64,000 bases of DNA from an uncultured Gemmatimonadales bacterium (GTDB taxonomy: Bacteria > Gemmatimonadota > Gemmatimonadetes > Longimicrobiales > Longimicrobiaceae), in NCBI GenBank assembly GCA_963716255.1, contig OY970303.1, positions 4,992,001 to 5,056,000 on the forward strand, written 5' to 3'. Under the pieces are notes generated by a model that was not told where the DNA came from, ran no database searches, and was given only the letters and a program-made list of their open reading frames with translations. This document shows positions 46,267 through 55,423 of this stretch, in pieces. The position numbers and the translations under genes are program-made. Numbering within the stretch: the stretch's first letter is position 1; each line of letters opens with the position of its first letter.

Positions 46267-47991
46267 GTGCGGGCCGCGCTGGAGCGGCTGGACTGGGACG
46301 AGGGTGCCGTGCTCATGCTGTTCGGCGCCCTCATCGGAGTCGCCAGCGGCCTGGGCGTCGTCGTCTTCTACCGGCTGATCGACCTGAGCTTCCTGGTGTT
46401 CGTCACCTGGCCCGAGACCCGCTTTCCGGCGCTGAGGAGCCCCGTCTACTTCCCGGCGCTCACGGCGGCGGGGGTATGGGCGGCCTGGTACCTGGTGCGG
46501 CGCACCCGTACCTCCGAGGGGCAGAACGTCCCCGACCTACAGCTCGCGGTGGCAAAGCGCGGCGGCATGCTCGACGGCCGGGCGATCGGGATCCGGACTG
46601 TTGCCGCCGCCATGACGCTGGGATCCGGCGGTTCGGCGGGGAGCGAGGGCCCCGTCGCCGTGCTGGGCGCCGCGCTGGGGTCGAAGGTGGGCCGGCTGCT
46701 CCGCTTCCAGCCCAGGCAGGTGAAGATCCTGCTCGGCTGCGGCGCCGCGGCGGGGATCTCCGCGGCGTTCAACGCGCCGTTCGCGGGTGCCTTCTTCGCC
46801 CTGGAGGAAGTGCTGGGCTCCTTTTCCGCGGGCGCGTTCAGCCCCGTGGTCATCGCCAGCGTGGTCGGCGCGCTCACCGTCCGCCCCTTCCTGGGGTCGC
46901 ACCCCGCCTTCCACGTCCCGGGCGCGGGGGACGCCAACGTGCTCTCGAGCGCGCTCCTCTACCCCGTCCTCGGCGTCGCCTGCGGCCTGGTCTCGGCGCT
47001 CTACACGCGCGTGTACCTGTCCACGCCCGCGGCGTTCGAGCGGCTCCCCGGGCCGCGATGGCTCCGGCCTCTCGTGGGAGGAGGGCTGACGGGCGTGATC
47101 GTGGCGTACTCCGGGGGGATGCTGAGCGGAAACGGGCACCTCGCCATTCCGCGCGAGGTGTTCGGCGGGCTCGCGTGGCACCTGCTGCTGGCTCTCGCCT
47201 TCGCCAAGATCCTGGCGACGGCGCTCACGCTCGGGTCGGGCGGCTCCGGCGGCGTCTTCACCCCCACGCTCTTCATCGGGGCGGCGCTCGGCGGGGGGCT
47301 GGGCCGGCTGGCGGACACTCTGGTTCCCGGTCACCTGGTCCACCCGCACGCCTGGGCGCTCGTGGGGATGGCGGGCATGGTGGCGGGCGCCACTCGGGCC
47401 CCGCTCACCGCCATCTTCATGGTCTTCGAGATGACGGACGACCCCAGCTACGTCGTCCCCCTGATGGCGGTGGCGGTGATCGCGTACGCGACCGCCCGAC
47501 GCTACGCGCTGCACGGCCTGTACGACGGCTGGCTGGAGGCGAGGGGAGAGCCCCTCCTGCACGGCGCCGACCGCGCGCTCATGGAGCGCATCCGGGTGAG
47601 CGACGCGCTGACGCAGGACGGGGTGCGGGTCCTTCCCGGGGCGACGCTGCCGGAGCTGATCGACCTCGCGGGGCGCTCGGGGCCCGGGGTGATCCCCGTG
47701 GTCGACGCGGACGGCGCGCTGGCGGGCGTCATCACCCACCACGCGCTCCGCGAGGCGATCCTCGCGGGCGGCAGCGCGGCGGACCTACTGGTCGCGGAGG
47801 ACCTGGCCGACCCGAGCGACCCGCTCAGCCCCGCGCAGTCGCTCCGCACCGCGCTCACGGCCATGAACGCCCGCTCCGTCGACGCGCTACCCGTCGTGGA
47901 GCCGCGTCCCGGGGGACCCGTGTTCGTGGGCCTGCTGAGCCGCGCCGACGTGCTCCTGGCCTACGAGCGCGAGCTCGCCCATACTGTCTGA
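46267..47991 (+). CDS. CLC-family chloride channel/antiporter with two CBS domains
   Basis: GSEGP, AAFNAPFAG, FALEE, GGSGGVFTP, APLTAIFMVFEMT, C-terminal CBS pair. Confidence 0.92.
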   Translation: MRAALERLDWDEGAVLMLFGALIGVASGLGVVVFYRLIDLSFLVFVTWPETRFPALRSPVYFPALTAAGVWAAWYLVRRTRTSEGQNVPDLQLAVAKRGGMLDGRAIGIRTVAAAMTLGSGGSAGSEGPVAVLGAALGSKVGRLLRFQPRQVKILLGCGAAAGISAAFNAPFAGAFFALEEVLGSFSAGAFSPVVIASVVGALTVRPFLGSHPAFHVPGAGDANVLSSALLYPVLGVACGLVSALYTRVYLSTPAAFERLPGPRWLRPLVGGGLTGVIVAYSGGMLSGNGHLAIPREVFGGLAWHLLLALAFAKILATALTLGSGGSGGVFTPTLFIGAALGGGLGRLADTLVPGHLVHPHAWALVGMAGMVAGATRAPLTAIFMVFEMTDDPSYVVPLMAVAVIAYATARRYALHGLYDGWLEARGEPLLHGADRALMERIRVSDALTQDGVRVLPGATLPELIDLAGRSGPGVIPVVDADGALAGVITHHALREAILAGGSAADLLVAEDLADPSDPLSPAQSLRTALTAMNARSVDALPVVEPRPGGPVFVGLLSRADVLLAYERELAHTV

Positions 47992-48097
47992 CGAAGGGGG
48001 CTCCGATCCTGCATCCTTCCCGCGTGCCCCGCCGCGCGCCCGGTGCTCACCCCCCGGCGAAGTGGCCTCCTGCCCGCCGAACCAGCGACCTCCGCGG

Positions 48098-50557
48098 ATG
48101 ACTCTGCTGGCCCTTGTCCTGCCGTCGCTCCCGCTCACCGACCCCGTCCTCATCGTCGCGGTGGCGATGGCGACCTTCCTGCTGGCGCCGCTCCTCTTCG
48201 AACGCCTGAACGTTCCGGGGATCATCGGCCTGATCGTGGCCGGGGCGGCGCTGGGTCCGCACGGCTTCGGCGTGCTGGAGCGCGACCGCACCATCGTGCT
48301 CCTGGGTACCGTCGGGCTCCTCTACCTGATGCTGATGGTGGGGCTGGAGCTGGACCTGAACGACTTCGCCCGCTACCGCCGCCGCAGCATCGTCTTCGGC
48401 CTGGTCTCCTCGGTCCTCCCGGGTGTGGTGGGCGCGGGCGCCGCGCTCGCGCTCGGCTACGGGACTCCATCCGCCCTGCTGGTGGCGTCCGCGTTCGCGT
48501 CCCACACCCTGCTCGCCTACCCCATCGCGGCGCGCCTGGGCATCGTGCGCAACCCCGCGGTGACGACCACGCTGGGCGGCACGATCCTGGTCGAGATCCT
48601 GGCCCTGCTGCTCCTCGCGGTCGTGGTCGAGGCCCGCGGCCGCAGCATGGACTGGGTGTTCTGGGTGGGGATCGGCGTGCCGTTCGCGGTCTACGGGGCG
48701 GCGGTCCTCCTGGTCCTCCCGCGGCTGGGGCGCTGGTTCTTCCGCAACGCCAGCGAGGGGGAGACGGAGTTCGTCTTCGTGATGACGGCGCTCTTCTCGG
48801 TGGCGTACCTGGCCCATTTCGGGCGGGTGGAGCCGCTGATCGGGGCCCTGCTCACCGGGCTCGCGCTCAACCGCCTGATCCCGGAGCAGAGCGCGCTGAT
48901 GAACCGCACCCGCTTCGTGGGCAACGCGGTGTTCATCCCGTTCTTTTTGCTGTCCGTGGGGATGGTGGTGGACGTGCGGGCGCTGGACAGCGCCCTCGCC
49001 TGGGCGGTGGCCGGGGCCGCGGCGCTGCTGGTGATCCTGGCGAAGTGGCTGGCCGCGAAGGCCGCGGAGAAGCTGTTCGGCTACACGCCGGACGAGGGGT
49101 GGGTCGTCTTTGGGCTGTCGGTCCCGCACGCGGCGGGCACCCTGGCGATCGTGCTGGTGGGGTTCGACGCGAAGCTGCTCGACCAGGCCGAGGTGAACGG
49201 GGTGGTGGTGATGATCCTCGCCACCTGCATCGTGGGGCCGTGGGCCGTGCAGCGCTACGGGCGCCGGGTGGCGCTGCGGGAGGCGGACCGGCCCTACGAC
49301 CCGGGGCACGCGCCCCGGCGGGTGCTCGTCCCGCTCGCCAACCCCGCCACGGCGGACGCGCTGCTGGACCTGGCGCTGGTGGTGCGCGGGCACGAGGACG
49401 AGGAGCCGCTGCGGGTGCTGATGGTGGCCCCCGGGGAGGGAGCCGCGAGCGAGGCCGAGGTCGCGGAGGCGGAAGCGGTGCTGGGCCACGCCGTGCTGCA
49501 CGCGGCGGGGGCCGGCGTGCAGGTGGTCCCCATGACGCGGGTGGACACCAGCATCGCCGCGGGGATCGCGCGGGGGGTGGCCGAGTCGCGCACCAGCATC
49601 GTGGTGATCGGCTGGGACGGGCGGCGCAGCGGCACGCGGGCCGTCTTCGGCAGCGTGCTGGACCAGCTCACGGCGAGCACGCGCGCCACCCTGCTGGTGG
49701 CCCGGCTCACGCAGGCGCCCCGGACGACCCGGCGGGTGGTGGCGGTGGTCCCGCCCGGGCTGGACCGCCACCCGGCGTTCCTGCAGGTGCTCGGCACGGT
49801 CAACACGCTCGCCTCGGGGCTGGGCGCGCCGGTGCTGCTCGTCCCGGTGACCGGGGACGGCGAGCGGATCCGCGAGCTCCACGCCGCGGCGCGTCCGCAG
49901 GTGCCTGCCACCGTCGATGCCGCCCGGGGCTGGGACGGGCTGGACGCGCTGCTGGGGACGCTGTCGAGGGACGACCTGGTGGTGCTCCTGGCCGCGCGCC
50001 GAGGCACGGCGGTGTGGTCACCGGCCGTGGAGCGGCTCCCGCAGACCCTCGCCGACGCCCTCCCTGGAAACCTGGTGGTCGCCTACGCCGCGGACCCGGG
50101 GTCCCCGGCTGAGGGACCCGTGGAGCTGGCGCCCGGGGTCACGCCCGAGCGCGTGGTGGTGCTGGAGGAGGCGGAGCTGGGGGCCGCGGTGGAGAGGCTG
50201 ACGGAGGGGGTGTTCGGGGCGGCGGAGCGGCGGGAGATCGTGCGGGCGGTGCTGCGGAACGAGGAGCGCTTCTCCTCGGAGGTGTGCCCCGGGGTGGCGC
50301 TCCCCCACGTGCGTCGCGAGGGGCTGGACCGGACGGTGCTCCTCCTGGGCGTGAGCCGTGCGGGCGTGGCGCTCCCGCGCGGCTCCGCGCCGGCCCGCCT
50401 CGTCTTCCTGCTCGTCAGTCCCGCCGGCCGGCCGGACGAGCACCTGCGCTCGATCGCCGCGCTCGCCCGGCTGCTCTCCGGGCCCGCGGGGGTCGAGCAG
50501 GTGGTGGAGCGCTTCGCGCCGGAGCTGCCGCGGGACTGGCTGCGCGTGCGCGAGTGA
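48098..50557 (+). CDS. CPA2 cation:proton antiporter fused to Usp-like and PTS EIIA-2 domains
   Basis: PLTDPVL, PGIIGLIVAG, FIPFFLLSVG. Usp segment RVLVPLANP. EIIA segment EERFSSEVCPGVALPH. Confidence 0.88.
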   Translation: MTLLALVLPSLPLTDPVLIVAVAMATFLLAPLLFERLNVPGIIGLIVAGAALGPHGFGVLERDRTIVLLGTVGLLYLMLMVGLELDLNDFARYRRRSIVFGLVSSVLPGVVGAGAALALGYGTPSALLVASAFASHTLLAYPIAARLGIVRNPAVTTTLGGTILVEILALLLLAVVVEARGRSMDWVFWVGIGVPFAVYGAAVLLVLPRLGRWFFRNASEGETEFVFVMTALFSVAYLAHFGRVEPLIGALLTGLALNRLIPEQSALMNRTRFVGNAVFIPFFLLSVGMVVDVRALDSALAWAVAGAAALLVILAKWLAAKAAEKLFGYTPDEGWVVFGLSVPHAAGTLAIVLVGFDAKLLDQAEVNGVVVMILATCIVGPWAVQRYGRRVALREADRPYDPGHAPRRVLVPLANPATADALLDLALVVRGHEDEEPLRVLMVAPGEGAASEAEVAEAEAVLGHAVLHAAGAGVQVVPMTRVDTSIAAGIARGVAESRTSIVVIGWDGRRSGTRAVFGSVLDQLTASTRATLLVARLTQAPRTTRRVVAVVPPGLDRHPAFLQVLGTVNTLASGLGAPVLLVPVTGDGERIRELHAAARPQVPATVDAARGWDGLDALLGTLSRDDLVVLLAARRGTAVWSPAVERLPQTLADALPGNLVVAYAADPGSPAEGPVELAPGVTPERVVVLEEAELGAAVERLTEGVFGAAERREIVRAVLRNEERFSSEVCPGVALPHVRREGLDRTVLLLGVSRAGVALPRGSAPARLVFLLVSPAGRPDEHLRSIAALARLLSGPAGVEQVVERFAPELPRDWLRVRE

Positions 50558-50563
50558 GCGGCG

Positions 50564-50827
50564 TCAGGCGCGCGGCGGCCGGTTCTTGTCCAGGATCGCG
50601 GCGATGATCACCAGGAACGCGAGCAGGCGCAGCCCGTAGAGCGGGACGGCCGCATCGCGCGCGTCCGCCACGACCGCCAGCGCGACGCGCTGCACGGCCA
50701 GCATGCCGAACGCCACGCAGAAGGCCAGGAAGAGCCGGTCGCGGGTGTCGCGCCAGAACCTCAGGAAGAAGAGGCCGGCCACAAAGTAGCCCATTGCGAT
50801 GGCCCCGGCGACCAGGCTCGCGGTCAT
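50564..50827 (-). CDS. DUF5985-family small membrane protein
   Basis: GLFFLRFWRDTRDRLFLAF...RLLAFLVIIAAILDKNR. Confidence 0.85.
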   Translation of the reverse strand: MTASLVAGAIAMGYFVAGLFFLRFWRDTRDRLFLAFCVAFGMLAVQRVALAVVADARDAAVPLYGLRLLAFLVIIAAILDKNRPPRA

Positions 50828-50870
50828 CGCGGCCTCCAGGGGCTTCGCGGGCAGGCGGACGGGTGCACGC

Positions 50871-51128
50871 TCATCGCGCGTCCCACACCAGGCCGTAGAT
50901 CAGCACCAGCAGCCCGGCCAGCGCCGGGAGGGAGCGCCACACGGAGAGGTCCACGTCGGGGACGACGCGCAGGTCGATGAACAGCAGCACGTTGTTGAGC
51001 GCCAGCCCCGCGAAGCAGAGCGACGACCAGAGGAGCAGCCGCGCGCGGCTCTGCCGGTAGCCGCGGGCGAGCAGCAGAGCGCAGAGCAGGCTGGTCAGCG
51101 CGCAGAGCGCGTAGATGAGGGTCCCCAT
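50871..51128 (-). CDS. DUF5985-family small membrane protein
   Basis: IYALCALTSLLCALLLARGY...LLLWSSLCFAGLALNN...LIYGLVWD. Confidence 0.85.
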   Translation of the reverse strand: MGTLIYALCALTSLLCALLLARGYRQSRARLLLWSSLCFAGLALNNVLLFIDLRVVPDVDLSVWRSLPALAGLLVLIYGLVWDAR

Positions 51129-51521
51129 TCACTCTCCTGGGCGCTTCAGCCGGAAGGCGTCCGCGAAGCTGCGCACCGGGTCCGCCGGCGCCTGGAAGAT
51201 CAGGCGGATGACCGCCACCCGGTCCGCACGGTACGCCGCGGCGAGGGTGTCCACGCGCTCCGCCACACGCGGGGAGGCCGGCGCGTAGCGGTAGCGTGGA
51301 TCCGGGGCGCGGTCGCTCGCCAGCAGCCCCGCCGCGACCAGCTCCTCCAGGCGGAGCGTGGCCGACGCGGGAACCGTGTACACGCGCTGGCTGACCTCGG
51401 CCGCCGTGAAGTCGCGGTTGGGGTGCGAGTGCAGCAGCAGGAGCACGTCGAGCTGTTCGGCCGAGTGGATGAACTCGGCGATGAACCTCTGCGCTTCCCT
51501 CAGGTCGGTCTCGTTCGCCAA
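51129..51521 (-). CDS. Small winged-helix-like hypothetical protein accompanying the DUF5985 pair
   Basis: RFIAEFIHSAEQLDVLLLL...YRYAP...DPVRSFADAFRL. Confidence 0.82.
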   Translation of the reverse strand: MANETDLREAQRFIAEFIHSAEQLDVLLLLHSHPNRDFTAAEVSQRVYTVPASATLRLEELVAAGLLASDRAPDPRYRYAPASPRVAERVDTLAAAYRADRVAVIRLIFQAPADPVRSFADAFRLKRPGE

Positions 51522-51696
51522 ACGTCACCGGAGCTCGGGACCCGGATGAATGCGCGGGGAGAATGGCGGGTGCTCCCGCGAAGCGCAAGCCGATCCGCAG
51601 AGTCCCGGCACCAGCGTGGAGCCGTCTCCGTCTCGGGGGAGCGCACGAATGTGGGTTGGTGCAAAGCGGGCGCAGTGCGTACCCCCGTGCGTGGCG

Positions 51697-53925
51697 TCAG
51701 TCCACGCCATTCGCGTATTCAGCGAGGGGAAGCCGCAGCGTGAAAGTGCTCCCCTCACCGGGCGTGCTCTCTGCGGTGATCTCCCCGCCCATCGCCCGCG
51801 CCAGGTCCCGGCTGATCGCCAGGCCGAGCCCGGTCCCCTGGCTCTCGCGGGTCAGCGAGGGATCCACCTGCACGAAGGGCTCGAAGATCGCCTCCAGATC
51901 CTCCACGGGGATGCCGCGCCCCGTGTCGCGGACCCGGACCTCCACGTGCGCGCCGGTCACGTGCCAGCCTACTTCGATCCGGCCGCCCGGGGACGTGAAC
52001 TTGACCGCGTTGGAGAGCAGGTTGAGCACGATCTGCTCCAGGCGCTCGCGGTCCGCGCGCACCAGGACCGGCCTTCCCGGGAGGTATTCGTAGTGGAGGT
52101 CCTTGCCCGTGATCAACGGCTCGACGAGGGCCCGCATCCCCTGAAGCGTCTCGTCCAGGTCGACATCCTCGAACCGGTACTGGACCTGGCCGGCCTCGAT
52201 CCGGGCGAAGTTCAGCACGTCGTTGATCAGCCCCAGCAGGCGCTGCTGGCCCCGCCGGATCCTGCCCAGGCTGTCCCGCTGGGCATCGGAGACCGGCCCG
52301 TGGATCCCCATCTCCATGAGCTCCACGTACCCGCCTATCGCGTTGAGCGGGGTGCGGAGCTCGTGGCTCATGGTCGCGAGGAACTGGCTCTTGGCCAGGT
52401 TGGCCTCCTCGGCGGCCGCCCGGGCGCGCTCCGCCTCCGCGGCACGCTCCGCGGTCTCGTCGTGGGCACGCCGGAGCTCGTCGTTGCTCAGCTCCAGCTC
52501 CACCTGGGCTTCCTCCAGCTGGAGCGCCTGCACCTGCAGCTCCTCCGCCTGCGCCTCCAGCTCCGTGGCCTGCTCCTCCAGCCGGAGCCGGGCTGCCTCG
52601 GACTCGGAGTACAGGCGCGCATTGTCGATGGCCACGGCGGCCCGCCGCGCGAGCTCCTCCGCCAGCCAGAGGTCGTGCTCGCCGAAGTGGCGCCCCGCCC
52701 GGCCGGACACCAACGTCAGCGCGCCGAGGACCCGGTCGCGGGCGATCAGCGGGACGCAGATGTACGAGCCGATGTCCAGCTCCCGGATCATCCGCAGGTG
52801 CTCCGCGTCGGCCGCCGACTCCACCAGCACCTCGTCCGGGATGAACGGGACGAGCTCGGGCTCGCCCGTGCGTAGCACCCGGGCGATGCCGCTCGGCGCA
52901 TCCGGGTCCATCGGATACTTCTCGTACATCCGGGCCGCGAACTCGACCATGGCCGGGTCGGGGTGGGCGACCGCGATCCGGTGGATGCCCCCGCCCGGCG
53001 TTCCCTCGTCCACGGCGCACCAGTCCGCCAGCTCCTGTACGGCCAGGCGCGTGACGCTGCCGAGCGTGGCTTCGTAGTCCAGGGAGGAGGCGAGCACCTC
53101 GCTCGCCCGGGCGAGGAAGTCGCGCTCCTGTTCGTGCCGCCGGCGCTCGGTGACGTCCTCCACCATCTTGAGCGCGTACAGTGGGTCGCCCTCGGGCCCG
53201 CGCACCAGTGAGGCCGTGACCCGGCCCCACACCACGGCGCCCTCGCGGTGCAGGTATCGTTTCTCCACCTGGTACGAGTCCCGCTCCCCCGCGAGGAGCT
53301 CCGCCGCGAGCGCGACGTCCCGGTCCGCCTCGCCGGGATGCGTGATCTCCGGGATCGTCCGGGACCGTACCTCCTCCGGCGCGTAGCCCAGCATGCGCGC
53401 GAAGGCAGGGTTCACGCGCACCAGGACGCCGTCCAGGCCGACGACCGCCACACCGATCGCCGCCGCCTCGAACATGGCGCGGAAGCCCTCCTCGCTGGCC
53501 CGGAGCGCGACTTCGGCCAGGTGGCGCTCGGTCACGTCCGTCACGAGGATGGAGATCCCCCAGACGGCTCCGTCGGGGTCGGCGAGCGGATGGTACTCGT
53601 AGTCGACCCAGCGCTCCTCCAGTCGTCCGTCCCCGTCGACGTCCCACGCGGCCGGCACGCTCGTTCCCCGCTGCGGCTCACCCGTCGCGAACACCCGGTC
53701 GAGGAGGCCCAGGAAACCCTGGTCGACCAGCTCCGGGATCGCCGCCCCGAACGGAAGGCCCAGGACCGCCCGTCCGCCAACGATCCTGCGGTACGCCTTG
53801 CTCGCGGCCACGAACCGGTGCTGCGGCCCCTCCAGGATGGCGGTCGCCGCCGGCGACTGCTCGATGGCGGCATGCAGCCGCGTCCTCTCCAGGTGCGGTG
53901 CGGCCAGATCCGGACTGTTCGACAT
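51697..53925 (-). CDS. Cytoplasmic PAS-PAS-GAF sensor histidine kinase
   Basis: Two PAS/PAC units ending DVTER, GAF segment LADWCAVD, MSHELRTPL, NLLSNAVKF, GTGLGLAI. Confidence 0.92.
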   Translation of the reverse strand: MSNSPDLAAPHLERTRLHAAIEQSPAATAILEGPQHRFVAASKAYRRIVGGRAVLGLPFGAAIPELVDQGFLGLLDRVFATGEPQRGTSVPAAWDVDGDGRLEERWVDYEYHPLADPDGAVWGISILVTDVTERHLAEVALRASEEGFRAMFEAAAIGVAVVGLDGVLVRVNPAFARMLGYAPEEVRSRTIPEITHPGEADRDVALAAELLAGERDSYQVEKRYLHREGAVVWGRVTASLVRGPEGDPLYALKMVEDVTERRRHEQERDFLARASEVLASSLDYEATLGSVTRLAVQELADWCAVDEGTPGGGIHRIAVAHPDPAMVEFAARMYEKYPMDPDAPSGIARVLRTGEPELVPFIPDEVLVESAADAEHLRMIRELDIGSYICVPLIARDRVLGALTLVSGRAGRHFGEHDLWLAEELARRAAVAIDNARLYSESEAARLRLEEQATELEAQAEELQVQALQLEEAQVELELSNDELRRAHDETAERAAEAERARAAAEEANLAKSQFLATMSHELRTPLNAIGGYVELMEMGIHGPVSDAQRDSLGRIRRGQQRLLGLINDVLNFARIEAGQVQYRFEDVDLDETLQGMRALVEPLITGKDLHYEYLPGRPVLVRADRERLEQIVLNLLSNAVKFTSPGGRIEVGWHVTGAHVEVRVRDTGRGIPVEDLEAIFEPFVQVDPSLTRESQGTGLGLAISRDLARAMGGEITAESTPGEGSTFTLRLPLAEYANGVD

Positions 53926-54157
53926 CCTTCCTCCTCGCCATCCAGAATGCACGATCGGGCGCACCACCGTCTTCCGACGGGAGCCCTGCATACGACTCGC
54001 CCGCGCCGCGCCCATGTTCGTGCGGTGCGCCGGCGGATCACGTGCCAGACCGCGCAAGACCCGGCTGCGCAGTCGGCTTTCGTGTACGGCGATGATCGTA
54101 AGCCGTGAAGCCCGGTTGAGCCAGGTTCGGTATCCAAGGGGGACGGCGCAGCGGCGA

Positions 54158-54199
54158 CAGGGAGGGGGAGCAGCGCCGAGGTGCTGCTCCCCCTCCCTG
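54158..54199. repeat. Long GC-rich inverted repeat (hairpin)
   Basis: CAGGGAGGGGGAGCAGCGCC-GA-GGTGCTGCTCCCCCTCCCTG: 20-bp arms with one G:T pair. Confidence 0.8.
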
Positions 54200-54472
54200 G
54201 ATGGCGCGACCCTCAGCCGTGCCCGGGGCGGAGGACTTCATGTGAGCCCCAGGGGTCAGATCGGCATTCTCAGGCCGCGTCCCGAGCCGCAACAAGGGTG
54301 CCGGCTCGTTCCAGCAACCTTGGTGGAAGAATGCAGACGGCTGGCGGGGCGCGAAAGGGCTCGCCTCCCCAGGGCCGCACCTCGTCGCGGGGGCACGCCA
54401 CATGCTGCTTGGCCCCGCGGATCCCTGCCCTGCCGTTCGTCGGCAGCCCAAGCGTAGGAGGGCGACGTGCCG

Positions 54473-54919
54473 TCATCCTGCGGTCGGGTGGAGCGCGGCG
54501 CGGAAGCTCCGGGCCAGGCGCTCCGGGGAGAGCGATTCCTTGGGGATGTAGTCCGCCGCGCCCGCCAGCATCAGGTCGACCGCCACTTCGGGATCGTCCT
54601 GACCGGTGAGCATGATCACCGGTACGGAGAAGCCGGCGTTGCGCATTCCGCGCAGGAAGGTGAGCCCATCCCCGTCCGGCAGGTTGAAGTCCAGCAGGAC
54701 GCAGTCGAACCGGCCGGCGGTCAGCTTGCCGATCGCGTCGAGGACCCCCTCCGCCTCGGCCACCTCGACCTCGCCGCCCATCGCGGCAATGTGCCTGCGG
54801 ACCGCGAGGCGGTCGACCTGGTCGTCGTCCACCACGAGCACGTGCGTTGTCGCCGCCCCAGTGCCGACGTCGCCTGGCCGACGCTTCTCCGCGCCTTCTT
54901 GTTCTGCCTTCACCACCAT
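54473..54919 (-). CDS. Single-domain response regulator
   Basis: VLVVDDD, LLDFNLPDGDG, IMLTG, DYIPK. Confidence 0.88.
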   Translation of the reverse strand: MVVKAEQEGAEKRRPGDVGTGAATTHVLVVDDDQVDRLAVRRHIAAMGGEVEVAEAEGVLDAIGKLTAGRFDCVLLDFNLPDGDGLTFLRGMRNAGFSVPVIMLTGQDDPEVAVDLMLAGAADYIPKESLSPERLARSFRAALHPTAG

Positions 54920-55003
54920 CGGGACTCCCTTACGCAACGAAATCGAAAACACTCTCCTCGCTCCCCGCGCCCCGTTCCGGGTATCCTGGCGGCACCGGGC
55001 CGC

Positions 55004-55420
55004 TCAGGGCATCTCCACCCGCGTCCAGTACTGGTTGAGCGTCGCCACCACCTCGCAGAAGCTCTGGAACGTCACCGGCTTCAGGATGTACCCGGCCACG
55101 TGCAGGTTGAAGGTCCCGACGCGGTCCCGCTCGTCGTTGGACGTGGTGAGCACCACCACCGGGGTGTGCTTCAGCTGCTCGTCCGCGCGCAGCTCCCGGA
55201 GGAACTCGATGCCGTTCATCTTCGGTATGTTGAGGTCCAGCAGGATCAGGCGCCGCTCTTCGGGCACCTGCCCGGTCCGGAGCATCTCCAGCGCTTCCAT
55301 GCCGTTCGCCGCCACGAAGAGCGGATTGGCGATGTTGCACTTGCGGAACGCACGCCGGACGTTCATCACGTCCACCTCGTCGTCCTCGACCAGGAGGACG
55401 TTGAGCGTCTTCCCGGTCAT
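55004..55420 (-). CDS. Single-domain response regulator (Rcp1-like)
   Basis: LLVEDD, ILLDLNIPKMNGIEFL, VLTTS, YILKP, YW near the C-terminus. Confidence 0.92.
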   Translation of the reverse strand: MTGKTLNVLLVEDDEVDVMNVRRAFRKCNIANPLFVAANGMEALEMLRTGQVPEERRLILLDLNIPKMNGIEFLRELRADEQLKHTPVVVLTTSNDERDRVGTFNLHVAGYILKPVTFQSFCEVVATLNQYWTRVEMP

Positions 55421-55423
55421 GGG

